Below the pieces are notes generated by a model. That model did no database searches. It saw only the letters and a list, made by a program, of their open reading frames with translations, and was not told the DNA's origin. The translations under genes were made by a program, and so were the position numbers. Shown in pieces: positions 24,941-36,692 of a DNA stretch of 64,000 nt (positions within the stretch are counted from its first letter, which is position 1; every line of letters begins with the position of its first letter). The stretch comes from Chiloscyllium plagiosum (taxonomy: Eukaryota), in NCBI RefSeq assembly GCF_004010195.1, contig NC_057733.1, positions 25,341,058-25,405,057 of the forward strand. The letters are read 5' to 3'.

Positions 24941-25525
24941 ACAAAGGTCAAGGCGGAGAATTAGGGCTTTTTCCAATCTTTCCACTGGACGACAATTTCG
25001 AAAAAATTAACAATATTTGTGGCCTGACATATTTTCAAATGTCACAGCCTTTATTGTTTCAAGAAATATTGAGGAGCTGAGAAATAAATTGAGAAGGTAG
25101 TCTTGATGAGATTATATTGAGCACCACCTTATGACTTCCATGTGCCAAGTTGGAAGTAAATGCTTCCCCTTTCCTTGATGGAGAGCCTTGTCTCGTCAAA
25201 ATGCTGAGAAGATACATTTGCATCTTTTCCCTATCCTTCTCTGCTACTCTGTCTGGATACCACATCTCACAAGAGAGAGAAAAGTTGTCAGTGAGATTGA
25301 TGCAATATGAATGGATGATATGTCTGCCAAAGCTGAATATCTGAAGGTGTGAGGAATGGATGAGAGGGTTGAAGCAATGTAACTGTCTGAGATTGAGGTG
25401 AAGCATTTGAGTTTTAGGCATAGAATCAAATTATTCATTTTTTACCTTTGAGATGACATGCATTGATCAGCATGATATGTTGGCAATGCAATGGTTAGAA
25501 GACATCAGAAGATGCGCTACTGACC

Positions 25526-25783
25526 TTAGCCACTGGGGGGGGGAATGAATAATAATTTTATTGCATGGCTGCCAGTTCCTTGAGGCCTGATTCTTGGAAA
25601 CCACCTCCAAAGGCACATGATTCCAAACCCTGTACATACTGTGTGCAGAGCTACTAGCAATCTACAGAAAGTGACCTCCTTCCTCTTGACCTCCTTGATT
25701 AACTCCTCCAGCATTATGTCAGAGAACCTGGGGTCACTGACTGTGGCCTGGTGATGCATTGATAGTCTTCTTCCTTCCTTCAA
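25526..25783 (-). mobile_element. Harbinger-type Myb/SANT DNA-binding ORF remnant
   Basis: PRFSDIMLEELIKEVKRKEVTF resembles the RxPRFSxxxLExLVxEVxxRxxxLF start of Harbinger/NAIF1-like Myb domains. Confidence 0.45.
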
Positions 25784-25837
25784 AGGCCTTTACAATTATT
25801 GCTGACACCTACTGCAAGCTGAATACATTTCTCTTTA

Positions 25838-25930
25838 AGAGGAAGGTTCACCTGACCCGAAACGTTAACTCTGCTTTCTCTCCAAAGATGCTGCCCAACC
25901 TGCTGAATTTCCAGTAATTTCTGATTTTGT
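25838..25930 (+). mobile_element. PLE-tail short repeat with the 3' half of a hammerhead core
   Basis: GGTTCACCTGACCC-GAAACGTT-AACTCTG..GATGCTGCC..CCTGCTG; the CTGANGA box is absent. Confidence 0.55.
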
Positions 25931-26139
25931 GGCATTTTGACTAGACATGTGGTACTTGCACACTGAGATTTCTGTGCCTGCAAACCGGATTGATCAAATT
26001 TTTAGTCCCGAGGTTCTCAGCATTTGCACGAATACCTGACTTTTTTGTGTAATATGATAAGTTAGAGGTTGCACATAATGATCTCTTCTTTCTACGCCTC
26101 TGTTGTTATTAAGGTTAAATTCAAAATCATCAATGACCA

Positions 26140-27037
26140 CTTTTACAGCAAGAATAGAAAAGCAGCATATTATGTAAATGGACAGAATCTGCAGAACTGT
26201 GAGTTATAAAGGGTGCCCTGGTACACAAATCACAAAGCTAGAATACAGGCCGAGCAAATGATTAGGAAGGTGAATAAATTACTATCACTTATTTACGGAT
26301 AAACATTATAAAGTTAGGATATTTTGTTATTGTAATATAGAACATAGATAAAGTCACATCTGGAATATAGTTTATAGTTTTGCTCTGTTGATTTAAATGA
26401 CATAAATATATTAATGGTGAACTCAACAATAGTCTGTGATAAAGAATTCCATAGATGCACTCCACCTCTGGGATAAGAAATTCCTCCTTATCTCTATGTT
26501 AAATGGGTGACGCCTTATTCTGAGTTTAGCCCTCTGGTCCCAGACTCTCACACAAAGGGAAACTACCTTTCTGCATTTACCTTGTCAAGTCCTCTAAAAT
26601 CCTCCTTATTTTTGTACTTTATTCTTTTTGAAATAAAGGCCAGCTATCCATTTGCCTTCCTTAATACCCATTGAACTTGGATGCTAATTTGGATCTGTGT
26701 ATGAGCACTCCCAAAACCCTGTTCTGTAGTTTTCTGCAGTCTTTTTCAATTTAAATAATCTTCAGTTCTTCTAATCTTCCTACCAAAGTGCATATCCTCA
26801 CACTTCCCCACACTACGTTCCATCTGACAAGTTTTTGTCCACTCATTTAAGCTGGCCATATTCCTCAGGGATCAGTTAGCTTATTTGACTGGATGTCTTG
26901 TTTGTAGTGCAGAGGAATGCTGACATTATGGTCTTAATTTTCACACCAGTTGAGGACACTAGGCAGGTCCTGCCTTTACAATTTGCCCCACGCCTGACGT
27001 GTGGTTACTCTCAGGTTAAACCCACTACCAGGGTTTC

Positions 27038-27071
<34 letters not shown>

Positions 27072-27350
27072 AGAGTGGTCCTCTAGAACTATGGTGAATT
27101 TGCCTATAACCATCTGCAGACTCTTTGTGTCATCCTCACCATTTGCTTTCCCACCTTTTTTTACGTCAACTGCACTCTTGGCTATAGTCCATTCACTTGC
27201 CTTATCCGTGTCATTAATATGTACTGTAAATAATTGTGGCCTCAGCACTGCTCTCTTTGGCACTCCATTAGTTATAAGTTTCCATTTGAAAATGTGTCCT
27301 TTATCCTAACCCTCTGTTTTCTATTAGTAAGCCAATCTTCTACCTATGCT
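26140..27350. mobile_element. CR1 fragments (+ then - strand) interrupted by a tRNA-SINE with (CT)n
   Basis: Minus ORF PKRAVLRPQLFTVHINDTD..IAKSAVDVK is a decayed RT core; (CT)n at 27038-27071. Confidence 0.7.
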
Positions 27351-28556
27351 AATAAATTGCTGATTTTCTGATGGAATGAAACCCCAAATTCCACGTTTTA
27401 AAGTTATTATTATATTATACTATACAAAAACCAAATACAGCAAACAATACTAACAACACACCATCAACTATAAACATTGGATTATCATTTATACATCCCA
27501 GAAGATGGGTAGTGTTAGTTAGCTCAGTTGGCTGGATGGCTCATTTGCAATGTATTGTGATATTAACAGTGCAGGTTCATATCCTGTAAGGTCGTAAGGA
27601 TATGGTGATTCTCAAATGAAGTTTAGCACCAGTTGTCTCTCTCTCTCTCTCTCTAATAAGAGTATGGGCCTATGATGACTATCATCACAAGAGAAAACCA
27701 ATAAGTATCATTACTTACAATTTTAACTGAACATTACTCCTTAAACTTTGAATTCCACTACCACAGTGTTCCCACCCAACCCAAGAAGACTTATGGATAC
27801 TTATCAGGTTCTTGAAAGTTCCTTCACTTCCTGGCATCAAAATAAAGTACCACAATTCTCAGAAATTCACTTCAATTTTCCTAAAGATTCCTGCTATCGT
27901 TTAATGCATGTGCTTTCTTTGGGGGTCATTTGACTAACTTAAGCACCTCACAACTGTGAATACTCCAGCTCAAGTGTCGATTTCAATACATATGACTCTA
28001 TATCTTTTCTTTAGAGTCTAGCAACTTTAGCTCAGAAACTTCTCTAATTCCCAATAGTCCCCCTGCATCTTGTTCACAGTTACTTTCCAGTTAATAGAAG
28101 GCTATCCGGCCTGATTTTCTTTTTGCAGTAAGAGAGGACTGGTTAAAACAAAATAGTGAAAGCATTTTCCAATCTCTAGCTGTCCCATCCCAGTCATAAT
28201 TCTACCATTTAAATGGTTGTGTGCGAGGAATGGGCATGTTCCAATTGCATATCAGTGTTTTCCAGATTCAGCTGTATATATCAGGCTGTAGCTAGCTCTA
28301 GTAGTATCTTTTTTTACTAGTCAGACACAAGAAACATGTGCCGATCACCCCTAGTAGGAACAGGCTTAAACTTTGGGAATCTTTCAGAGTGGTAAGGAAT
28401 CCCTTTTAGATGTGGCCACAAGAGACATTTAACTGACGGCACGCACCCTTTGGAAAATGCACAGTGACCTTTGTAATTATTTAAGATAGATACAAATGTG
28501 GATGAAAAAGTGTATAAACTAATTTACACAGTCAAGCTCATTGGAACTGTCAAAAG

Positions 28557-28965
28557 ATTAGATTCCCTACAGTTTGAAAACAGGCCCTTCAGCCCAACAA
28601 GTCCACACCGACGAGTAACCCACCCAGACCCAATTCCCTCTGATTAGAATTGAACCTGGGACCCTGGCGCGGTGAGGCAGCAGTGCTAATCACTGAGCCA
28701 CCATGGCAGCACAGTGGCTCAGTGGTTAGCACTGCACCTTCCGAGCGCCAGGGACCCGGATTCAATTCCCGCCTCGGACGACTGCCTGTGTGGAGATTGC
28801 ACATTCTCCCCGTATCTGTGTGGGTTTCTTCCGGGTGCTCCGGTTTCCTCCCACAGTCCAAAAATGTGCAGGTTAGGTGAATTGGCCATGTTAAATTGCC
28901 CTTAGTGTTAGGTGTATTAGTAAATGTAAGGTAGGGGAATGGGTCTGGGTGGGTCACTCTTCAGA
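28557..28965. mobile_element. Head-to-head composite of two HE1-type SINEs
   Basis: Minus-strand tail and head (28557-28705, body deleted) abut a plus-strand head and body (28705-28965). Confidence 0.8.
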
Positions 28966-30004
28966 AAAGAAATTGTCATAAAATTCCAAAACATACTGTG
29001 AAATGAAATTATCAAATGAAACTGGAAAAAACAACTGTGAAAGGTATCAAACTTAACTGTCAAGCTGCTAAGATATTTAAAACCTCTACCTTCAAATGTT
29101 TGAAAAAACTCCAGAGTGCAAAAACAATTTCTTGCTATTTTAATTTTTCTGTTGACATAAGCATGAGAATTATCATCACTGCATTAACTCTATCTGGCTA
29201 ATTTCAAAACACTCCATTATCACAGTATGGTGCCTGCAATTTCACCATTTGATTGACAGCTTCAAGTGGTTATAAATTCTTGGAAGAGTGATTATGAACT
29301 CCAATGATTGTTCTTAAAAAAGCATTTGAATGAAGGATTTGTTCTTATTAGAGATGATGCTTTTGAAAGAATGTTATCATAAGTTTTTTGTGAATCAATA
29401 TTTTTTTAAAAAAAGATATGATTTTCCAATAACTGTTTAGAATTTTCTTTGTTTTATCTCATCATGAGTGCTGTGCACTGTCCATGTTGAAAAATGGATA
29501 AGTTGCATGGAAGTGTAAGGGCACTAAGTAAGTATAGGGGATATAATGGGACATGAGGTGGTTAAGATGCATAGATTGGAACAGAGGCTATAAGGGGCCA
29601 TAGAAGATGAGCATTGGATGGCATGGCTTGGACACTGGAAGTGTGTGGGCTGAGCTAGTGAGTGGACTGGGCTGAAGGGCTGTCTTATGCTTTCTTCTCT
29701 TTTGACAATCTTGAAGAAAGAGCCAGCATACCAAGCAGGCCTTTTGTCCATCTCACCTCTGCACTGTTTCCAGGGTCACCTGCCATGACACACAGAAGTC
29801 AGGTCTGGCAATTTTTAAAGTTCATTTTAATTATCAGACCCTCCCAGAGGTAATCTTCCCAAAATGATCAACTATCCTCAAATATTAATATGAATCAGGA
29901 AACTAGATTATTATGCTTACATAAAGGAAAGGTTTGTTTGATAATTAATATTTTTCAGAGGTTTCTAACTGCACTGATAATATTTTGCATTATGTATTTT
30001 ACAG

Positions 30005-30343
30005 ATGGTCACATTGCCCAGACTCTGCACATTAAACGAGTGAAAAATGGATCCTCAGCTTTTCTAAATTGTGAATATTCATCCTCTCAAGGGACCATTG
30101 TGGGCACTTACTTAAGGAGAAGTTTTTCCAAGCCCATTGATCTGATCTATTTCCACACAAAACAGGTTACAAAACACAAGTTATATGAACATCGCCTTGA
30201 CTGTAAAGGAACTGTGAAAAATTTCACGGTAACCCTTCATCACTTTCAGGAAAGTGACAGAGACATTTACTATTGTGTTTTTGGAATACGAAATCAAACA
30301 TCTGTAAATGATAGAATTGTACAAGAGACAGTGTTAGTATCAG
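30005..30343 (+). CDS. CD7: CD7-like gene, exon 2 (V-set Ig domain)
   Basis: Acceptor TATTTTACAG, donor CAG|GTATGA, phase 1/1, 339 nt open. FLNCEY..GTYLRR..PIDLIYF..RLDCKGTVKNFTVTLHHFQESDRDIYYC parallels human CD7 [47 protein letters not shown] (recalled). Confidence 0.92.
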
Positions 30344-32044
30344 GTATGATTTATTTTTCAAATCTTCATCTGACATAGTTTACAGAAGTAAAGCTAATCC
30401 GAAAGAAAACCAAATATATTTAAAAAATGGATATCTGAGGGTGCATGTCATTTACTGTTTTCATTCATGCTGTTTTACACAAACAATTATCTTTTCTAAC
30501 TATTTGCCCTTGCATGACTTTAAATGTTTAACATTTGTCTGAGCTTTCTTGCTGATAAATTGCTGAAATTGTGCTGGCTATTGTATCATAAGATAATAAC
30601 TCCTTAACTTAAATTACTTATCTTCTTTTGGCATCCTTAATTCTAAGTTGTATCCCCAGCTCTTAAATCATGGGCCTGACAAAAGAAAGCTTGCATTCAA
30701 AATTTTCCAGGAAAATATGAAAGAATTCTTTCAATACTCCCTTGATCCACTTTCCCAATGGAAAGTAAAGTTCCAAGGTAGATAACTTTTCCTTTTCGTA
30801 GATCTGGCTATCAGAGTTCAGGACTCAGTCTTGCAACTATTTTCAAGTGATGTGAGACCTAAACCTAATATTATTATCTATTTTGAATATAATATCGGTA
30901 AGAAGCTAATGAAAACTTCTATTCTTCCAATAGTGTCATGGGTTTTTTTTTAAACTTTGTGGAGAGGAAAGATGGAGCATTTGTAGGGTAGATCTTAAAA
31001 GACTGACGTGAGTATTCATTGTCTAGCAGTATAGAATGACAATTTTAATACTCTATCTGCTAAATCTCAACACCTCTTTCATGCCATGTTACTTTGAGTA
31101 TGTGACCATTAAGAACCTTATACCTTCTGCTTCATTGCATAACCGATGTCACGTTCTGGCACTTAGTTATTCATTTATTAAATCCATTCAAATTTCTTTG
31201 AATTGTTGCATTGATTAATAGCATCATTGGCATAGCCCCAGTTTGAATCATCCACAACTATTGATAGTTTACAAGTCATTTAGAAGAATATTTTAAATCA
31301 GTTAACAAAAAAGAAACCCATTACTAACTCCCGTGAGGTACTGCCAACTTTGCTATTTGTTTCTGAACCGAGGATATAACTAGCTAATTGTTTTGTCATG
31401 TGCATGATGAACCTTCTGCATTAATCTGTTATTGCAATAATGTCAAATCACTTCCCAAAATCCAGGTACATTAAAGTTCATTGCCTCAACCCTTATCCAC
31501 TAAATATAACTCTCAAATGGGGGTTTCAGAGAATTGGTCAGCCATTATCTGCCCCTTTTAAACACAGGCCGACACTCTTTAACAGAACTATCTTTCCAGG
31601 TGATCCCTTAAGCTGTCGATCATCAACATCTCCAATACTTCCCTGTCAGTAAGGGTAAAATCCAGAGGTCTGTCATTTTTATAATTTTGCCCTTGCCTCC
31701 TTTCTAAAGAACAAAATCACTTTTTTTCTATTTTTTAATCTGTTGGTACATGTCCCAATGTCCATACCTTTTTAAAAAAACATAATGGTAGGATTCAAAA
31801 TTCTCTCTGCAAATACGATAAGGATTCTGAGAAAAGAAACATGTCTGAGCATTGTGGAATTCTGTTGCTAAGCCTATCTGGAAGATCTTCCTCTTTAAAA
31901 AAAGATATTTCAATCTGCTAAATTGAACTCGGCTTTCATAGAAAAATAATTCTAGAACAGTGATTTGTTACTAAACTAAATAAGTTTTCTCTGCCAATTC
32001 TATGTATGTGCACTGAGTAGAGGGCCTAAACAGCATAAAGTGGC

Positions 32045-32585
32045 TTTACATAAGACCATTCGAAATAGGGACAGGAGCAGGTCATCTGGCCCATCGATCC
32101 TGCTCTGTCATTCAACAAGATAATGTCTAATCTGTTTGTGGATTCCACTCCACTTATCCAACTGCTCACCACAGCTCTTAATTCCTTTACTGTTCAAAAA
32201 TCTATCTGTTTGCCTTAAAAATATTCTACAAGGTCGTCTCAATTGCTTCACTAGGCAAGGAATTTCACAGATTCATAACCCTTTGGGTAAAGAATTTTCA
32301 CCTCAATTCAGCCTTAAATCTGCTCCCCCTTATTTCGAGGCTTTGCCCCCACTTCCAGTTTCACCGGCCAGTGGAAACAATCTCCCTGCTTCTATCTTAT
32401 CTATTCCACTCATAATTTTATGAGTTTCTGTAAGATTCCCCTCTCATTCTTCTAAATTCCAGTAAGCAAAGTCCCAGTCTACCCAATCTCTCCTCAGAAA
32501 CCAACTCTCTCAATTCCAGGATCATCCTTGTGAACCTCATCTGCACCTCCTTTAGTGCGAGTACACTCTTTCTCAAGTAAGGAGA
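32045..32585 (-). mobile_element. CR1 3' fragment
   Basis: CATAAGACCAT..AGGAGCAGGTCAT tail and reverse-complement RLGRLGLCLLEFRRMRG-like coding. Confidence 0.8.
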
Positions 32586-32599
32586 TCAGCACCCTGAAC

Positions 32600-33240
32600 A
32601 GCTGAAAAAAAATCAGATCGGTTTTTATGACAAACAACTATGGGTTCATGATCATCATTAGACTTTTCTTTCCATCTGCTGTGATGGAGTTAATACTCCA
32701 TTGACAATGGCACTCCACCATTACTTCATGACTACTGATGTAATCATAGGATAAGCAGAGCACTTGTAAAAATAAAAGTGATAATAAACTACTGTTAATG
32801 TTATTAATTAATATTGAGAGTTTGAGAAAGAGACTGAAGGTGAAACAATTGGAGTAAGGAGAATGAGACAAACCAAAAATTAAAGTCACTGGACCATGGT
32901 GCAGAACACATTTCTATGGGCATCCACAACTCAAAACACTATCCAGGATAAAGCAGTCCATTTGAGTTGTACTCCAACCATCATCTTAAACATTCACTCC
33001 ATGCACGTGCCACTCAGTGGCAGCACTACTTAAAGTTGCTAGGCAGCAGCTCACCAAGACTCCTTTGACAGAATCTTCAAAGCTCATAACTTCTACCACC
33101 TCGAAGGTGGGCCAGCAGACACATGAGTACACCAACACCTGCAAAGATTCCCTTTAAGCTACGCACTATTCTGATGTGGAACAAATTGCCATTCCTTCAT
33201 TCATGTTGAGTCAAAATTCTGGATCTCCCTCCACAACATT
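32600..33240. mobile_element. Deu-domain SINE / L2-like relics
   Basis: GGTTTTTATGACAA..TCATGATCATCATTAGAC and ACACCAACACCTGCAA..GCACTATTCTGA..CCATTCCTTCA segments; continuation at ~34140-34245. Confidence 0.45.
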
Positions 33241-33269
33241 AATATGGGTATCCTTGGATTATATGGGTT

Positions 33270-34132
33270 CCCTTAGAGTGCAAAGGGACTTTGATCAGAA
33301 GGGCTGAAGGGTCAAGAAATAGAAGATTAAGTTTAATGCAGCGAAATCTGTGCTGCATTTTAGAGTGACAATTCAGGGCAGGACTTATACATTTAATAGT
33401 AAGCTCCTGGGGATTGTTGTTGAACAGAGACACCTTGGAGGGCAGATTCACGGTTCTTTGACAGTACAGTCACAGGTAGACTCTACAGGTGGGAGTGAAG
33501 GAGGTGTTTGGTATGCTTGTCTTTATTGGTTAGTACATCGAGTATAAGATTTGGGAGGTCATGTTGTGGCTGTATAGGACATTGGTTAGGCCACTTTTGG
33601 ATTACTGTGTTCAATTCTGGTCTCCTTGCATAGGAAGTATGTTGTGAAACTTGAAAGAGTTCAGAAAAGATTTACAAGGATGTTGCCGTAATTGTAAGGT
33701 TTGAGCTATAGGGAGAGAGTGAATAGGCTGGGGCTGTTTATCCTGCATCGTCGGAGGTTGAGAGGCGACCTTATACAAACATTTACATGAAGGGCATAGG
33801 TAGGGTGAAAAGCCAAGGTCTTTTCCTCAGGGTGGGGGAGTCCAAAACTAAAGGGCATAGGTTTAAGATGAGAGGGGAAATGTTTAAAAGGGACCTAAGG
33901 GGTAACTTTTTCACATGGAGGATGGTGTGTTTATGGAATGAGCAGCCAGACAGAGTAGGGGAGGCTGGTGCAATTACAACATATTCATATTGCTGGTATA
34001 TGAATAGGAAGGGTTTAGACACCTCTGGACCAAGCATTGACAAATGGGACTAGATTAATTTAGGATACCTGGTCAGCATGGCCGTGTTGGGCCGAAGAGT
34101 CTGTTTCCGTGCTGTATAACTCTACGACTCTA
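33270..34132 (+). mobile_element. CR1 3' fragment
   Basis: LYRTLVRPLLDYCVQFWSP, MKGIGRVKSQGLF, DLRGNFFT; CR1 tail. Confidence 0.88.
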
Positions 34133-34404
34133 TACCATGGAGTGCAAGGTTTAAGATGTCAGCTCACCACCACTTTCTCAAGTGTAGCAATAGATATACA
34201 AAAGTATTGGCATTGCCAGTGATGGTCACATTCCATGAATAAATAACAAACAAAATTTGAAGTTCCCAACTGATGTAGAACATATTTTTCCTTCTGTAAA
34301 GAATCCAGAATTTTATAGAAAATGAAAATAATTTCATGACAATATGGAGGTCTTATATATGGAAATATTTACAGAAAACAATGAAATATTTTGTATCTTT
34401 TCAG

Positions 34405-34547
34405 AATCCAGGATGAAAGACTGTAAAGCTGATTGTGGAGAAACAATAAATTGTAGAGAATTTTCATATAAGGATCCAATTGTGATTGGTGTGATTGTCG
34501 TTGCAACAGTGGCTATTATTTGTGCTTTGGTTTTGATATTTTGGCAT
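34405..34547 (+). CDS. CD7: CD7-like gene, exon 3 (Cys-rich stalk and transmembrane helix)
   Basis: Acceptor TATCTTTTCAG, donor CAT|GTGAGT, phase 1/0; ESRMKDCKADCGETINCREFSYKDP-IVIGVIVVATVAIICALVLIFW-H. Confidence 0.9.
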
Positions 34548-34964
34548 GTGAGTTCCTAATTTCTTTATAACAAATATTTCTTCCATTTTAAGTATAATAA
34601 GAAATATCATGAAACAAATTCAATTAATATAAATTCAAATAGTACAGTTGAACAATTATCTAGACTGTTAACCTGATAAAAAAAAAGCATGTTGTGTGTT
34701 ACCATCCATTTAAAAATTGATATCTGTTAAATTGTTTCAGATATACCTGATATATACTCAAAGATTCTAAGAGATAGCATTAAAATTATTCTGGGTTGCT
34801 CCTTGGCCAATCTATGATCATCCTCTAACTGTCTCTCCCCTTGAAAGTAGGAAAGATTTCTGACTGAAAAAGGAAGCGAAGAAACTGCCTTTTTTTTCTC
34901 AGATCTTGTCTGAAATATGAAATAAATCAACATGGAATATTGTACACATTTGTTAGTAAAAATG

Positions 34965-35440
34965 TGAATGCACTGGAGAGAGTGTCAAAGTGATTTACAA
35001 AAGTGGTTCCAGGAATGAGAAACTCCAGTTATGAGGATAGTTCGAAGATGCTGGGACTGCTCTCCTTGGAGAGAAGAAGGTAGAATGGAGATTGCCACAA
35101 GGTTTCAAATTCATGAGTAGGCTGGATAGAATAGATAGGGAGAGGCTGTTCTTGCTTATAAACTGAAAAGAAATGAGAGGACTCAGATGTAAGGTGATGT
35201 GAAAAGGAAGCAATAATGTGAGGAAAACCTTTTTCACAGTGAATAGTTCTGCACTGTGTGGAAACGTGATGGAGCTAGGTTCACTTAAGGCATTCGTGGG
35301 GGCATTGGATGATAATTTGAATACAAATGATGTGGTGGATATGGGGAAAAGGCAGAAGATTGGTACTAGGCTAATAGAACTAGTGCAAGCAGAATGGAAC
35401 AAATGGCTTCCTTCTGGGCTGTAACAAATCTAGGATTCTG
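34965..35440 (+). mobile_element. CR1 3' fragment
   Basis: ALERVSK*FTKVVPGMRNSSYED and VRKTFFTV. Confidence 0.75.
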
Positions 35441-36002
35441 GGATACTTAATGAACATTTCATAGTCTGGAAGCACAACCATAGAATTTCCCCTCTCCTCA
35501 GAGGCTTCTTGTCAGCCACAGAGGGCTCTGTTCCTTGCTTCTAAGTCAAACAGCCTGGGTTCAAATTCTAGCTGTCTGAAACACGTGTCAAAAGATGTCT
35601 TAACAGCTCGGTTAAAAACAGCTACACAAACCCACAGAAGTGAGGGTATGACATAGGGCAGTATTACCAGCCATAGAACACTGCTCATTCTGTTTCCTGT
35701 GTCAGTTATTTTCCATGCAGTTACGTAACTCGGTGATTCGCAAATGTTATCTATCTTAGAGACACCTTCTGAAAATGGCCGGGTTTTTGGGGTCTCATTA
35801 TTCTGTTTTTAGAAATATGAAATGCCAAGGCAGTATTAAATAAGGATAATTCATTACCAGTTATAATGACATACATAAAGTTAATTCTGAATGAACAGCA
35901 TATATGGAATCATCCTGATCTGCAAGCTGTAGAGTTTGCTACTTAGAAATCGAAATGACAAAGCAGAGGAATACAATTTCTAAAATGTGATTTTGTTTTT
36001 AG

Positions 36003-36104
36003 GCAAGGAAAAGATGCCAACCTGAAATGCCAACACATGGGAGAGCTCCAAACTCAGTTTATGAGGACATGAACCTAATCCGAACCCAAAGTGTGGGACG
36101 TTAG
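36003..36104 (+). CDS. CD7: CD7-like gene, exon 4 (cytoplasmic tail with YEDM) and stop
   Basis: Acceptor TTTTGTTTTTAG, phase 0; ARKRCQPEMPTHGRAPNSVYEDMNLIRTQSVGR*. VYEDM is the CD7 signature motif. Confidence 0.92.
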   Translation, partial: ARKRCQPEMPTHGRAPNSVYEDMNLIRTQSVGR

Positions 36105-36483
36105 TTTTCAGATGAACTGTGTTGTCTTCACATCAGGTCACATTAGCCTGGAATGTGGCCAGTTATTTTCTTTTGCTACTTGATAATACATTTATATGTG
36201 ATCATAAAATTACACATTTTTACAGGTCTTCTTGAAATTTAAGTAATTGATAAATTATTTTGTTTGTTTCACCTTTTGCCTGCTTCATGCAATATGCTAA
36301 TTGCACAGGTGTTGATGGAACAGCACACCATTTGCATGGTGACTTTGGGATGGAGAGTCTGAGGGTTAGTGCTATTTGTAAAGCTACTTTTATCTCAAGA
36401 AAATATGACTTTTCTCTCTTCTCTTACCTGCTCTCAACTACCTTCAGTGTCTTTGTGCTGTATCATGTGCAAGAAAATGGAGA

Positions 36484-36489
36484 AATAAA
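36484..36489 (+). terminator. Candidate polyadenylation signal of the CD7-like gene
   Basis: First AATAAA I found after the stop codon (~380 nt 3'UTR containing ATTTA motifs). Confidence 0.4.
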
Positions 36490-36499
36490 GCACATGTAG

Positions 36500-36628
36500 A
36501 AGCAAATTATTGCAGATGCTGAACCAGGGCTCTGATGAACAGTCATCTCAACCCAACACATTAGCTTACTCTCTTCCCATGGATACTGCCTGGCCTGCTG
36601 TCATCTCCAGCATTTTTTGTCTTCAGTC
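36500..36628 (+). mobile_element. Degenerate PLE-tail repeat
   Basis: GCAGATGCTG..CTGATGA..CCTGCTG..CCAGCATTTTTTGTCTTCAG; CTGATGA retained, GAAA box decayed. Confidence 0.45.
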
Positions 36629-36692
36629 AATGCCACACTCTCATAATGCTACAGGAAGAGATTCTTGACCCGGAGGAACATCTGAACTTTAA

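Noticed and set aside
30005-30343. Rearranging Ig/TCR V segment or CD28/CTLA4
   Set aside because: No heptamer/nonamer RSS after the YYC, no WYxQ, no MYPPPY-like loop; the exon splices to a TM exon and a YEDM tail.
29890-30378. 162-aa single-exon ORF as a complete secreted Ig protein
   Set aside because: The ORF ends are intronic read-through; clean phase-1 splice sites delimit 30005-30343.
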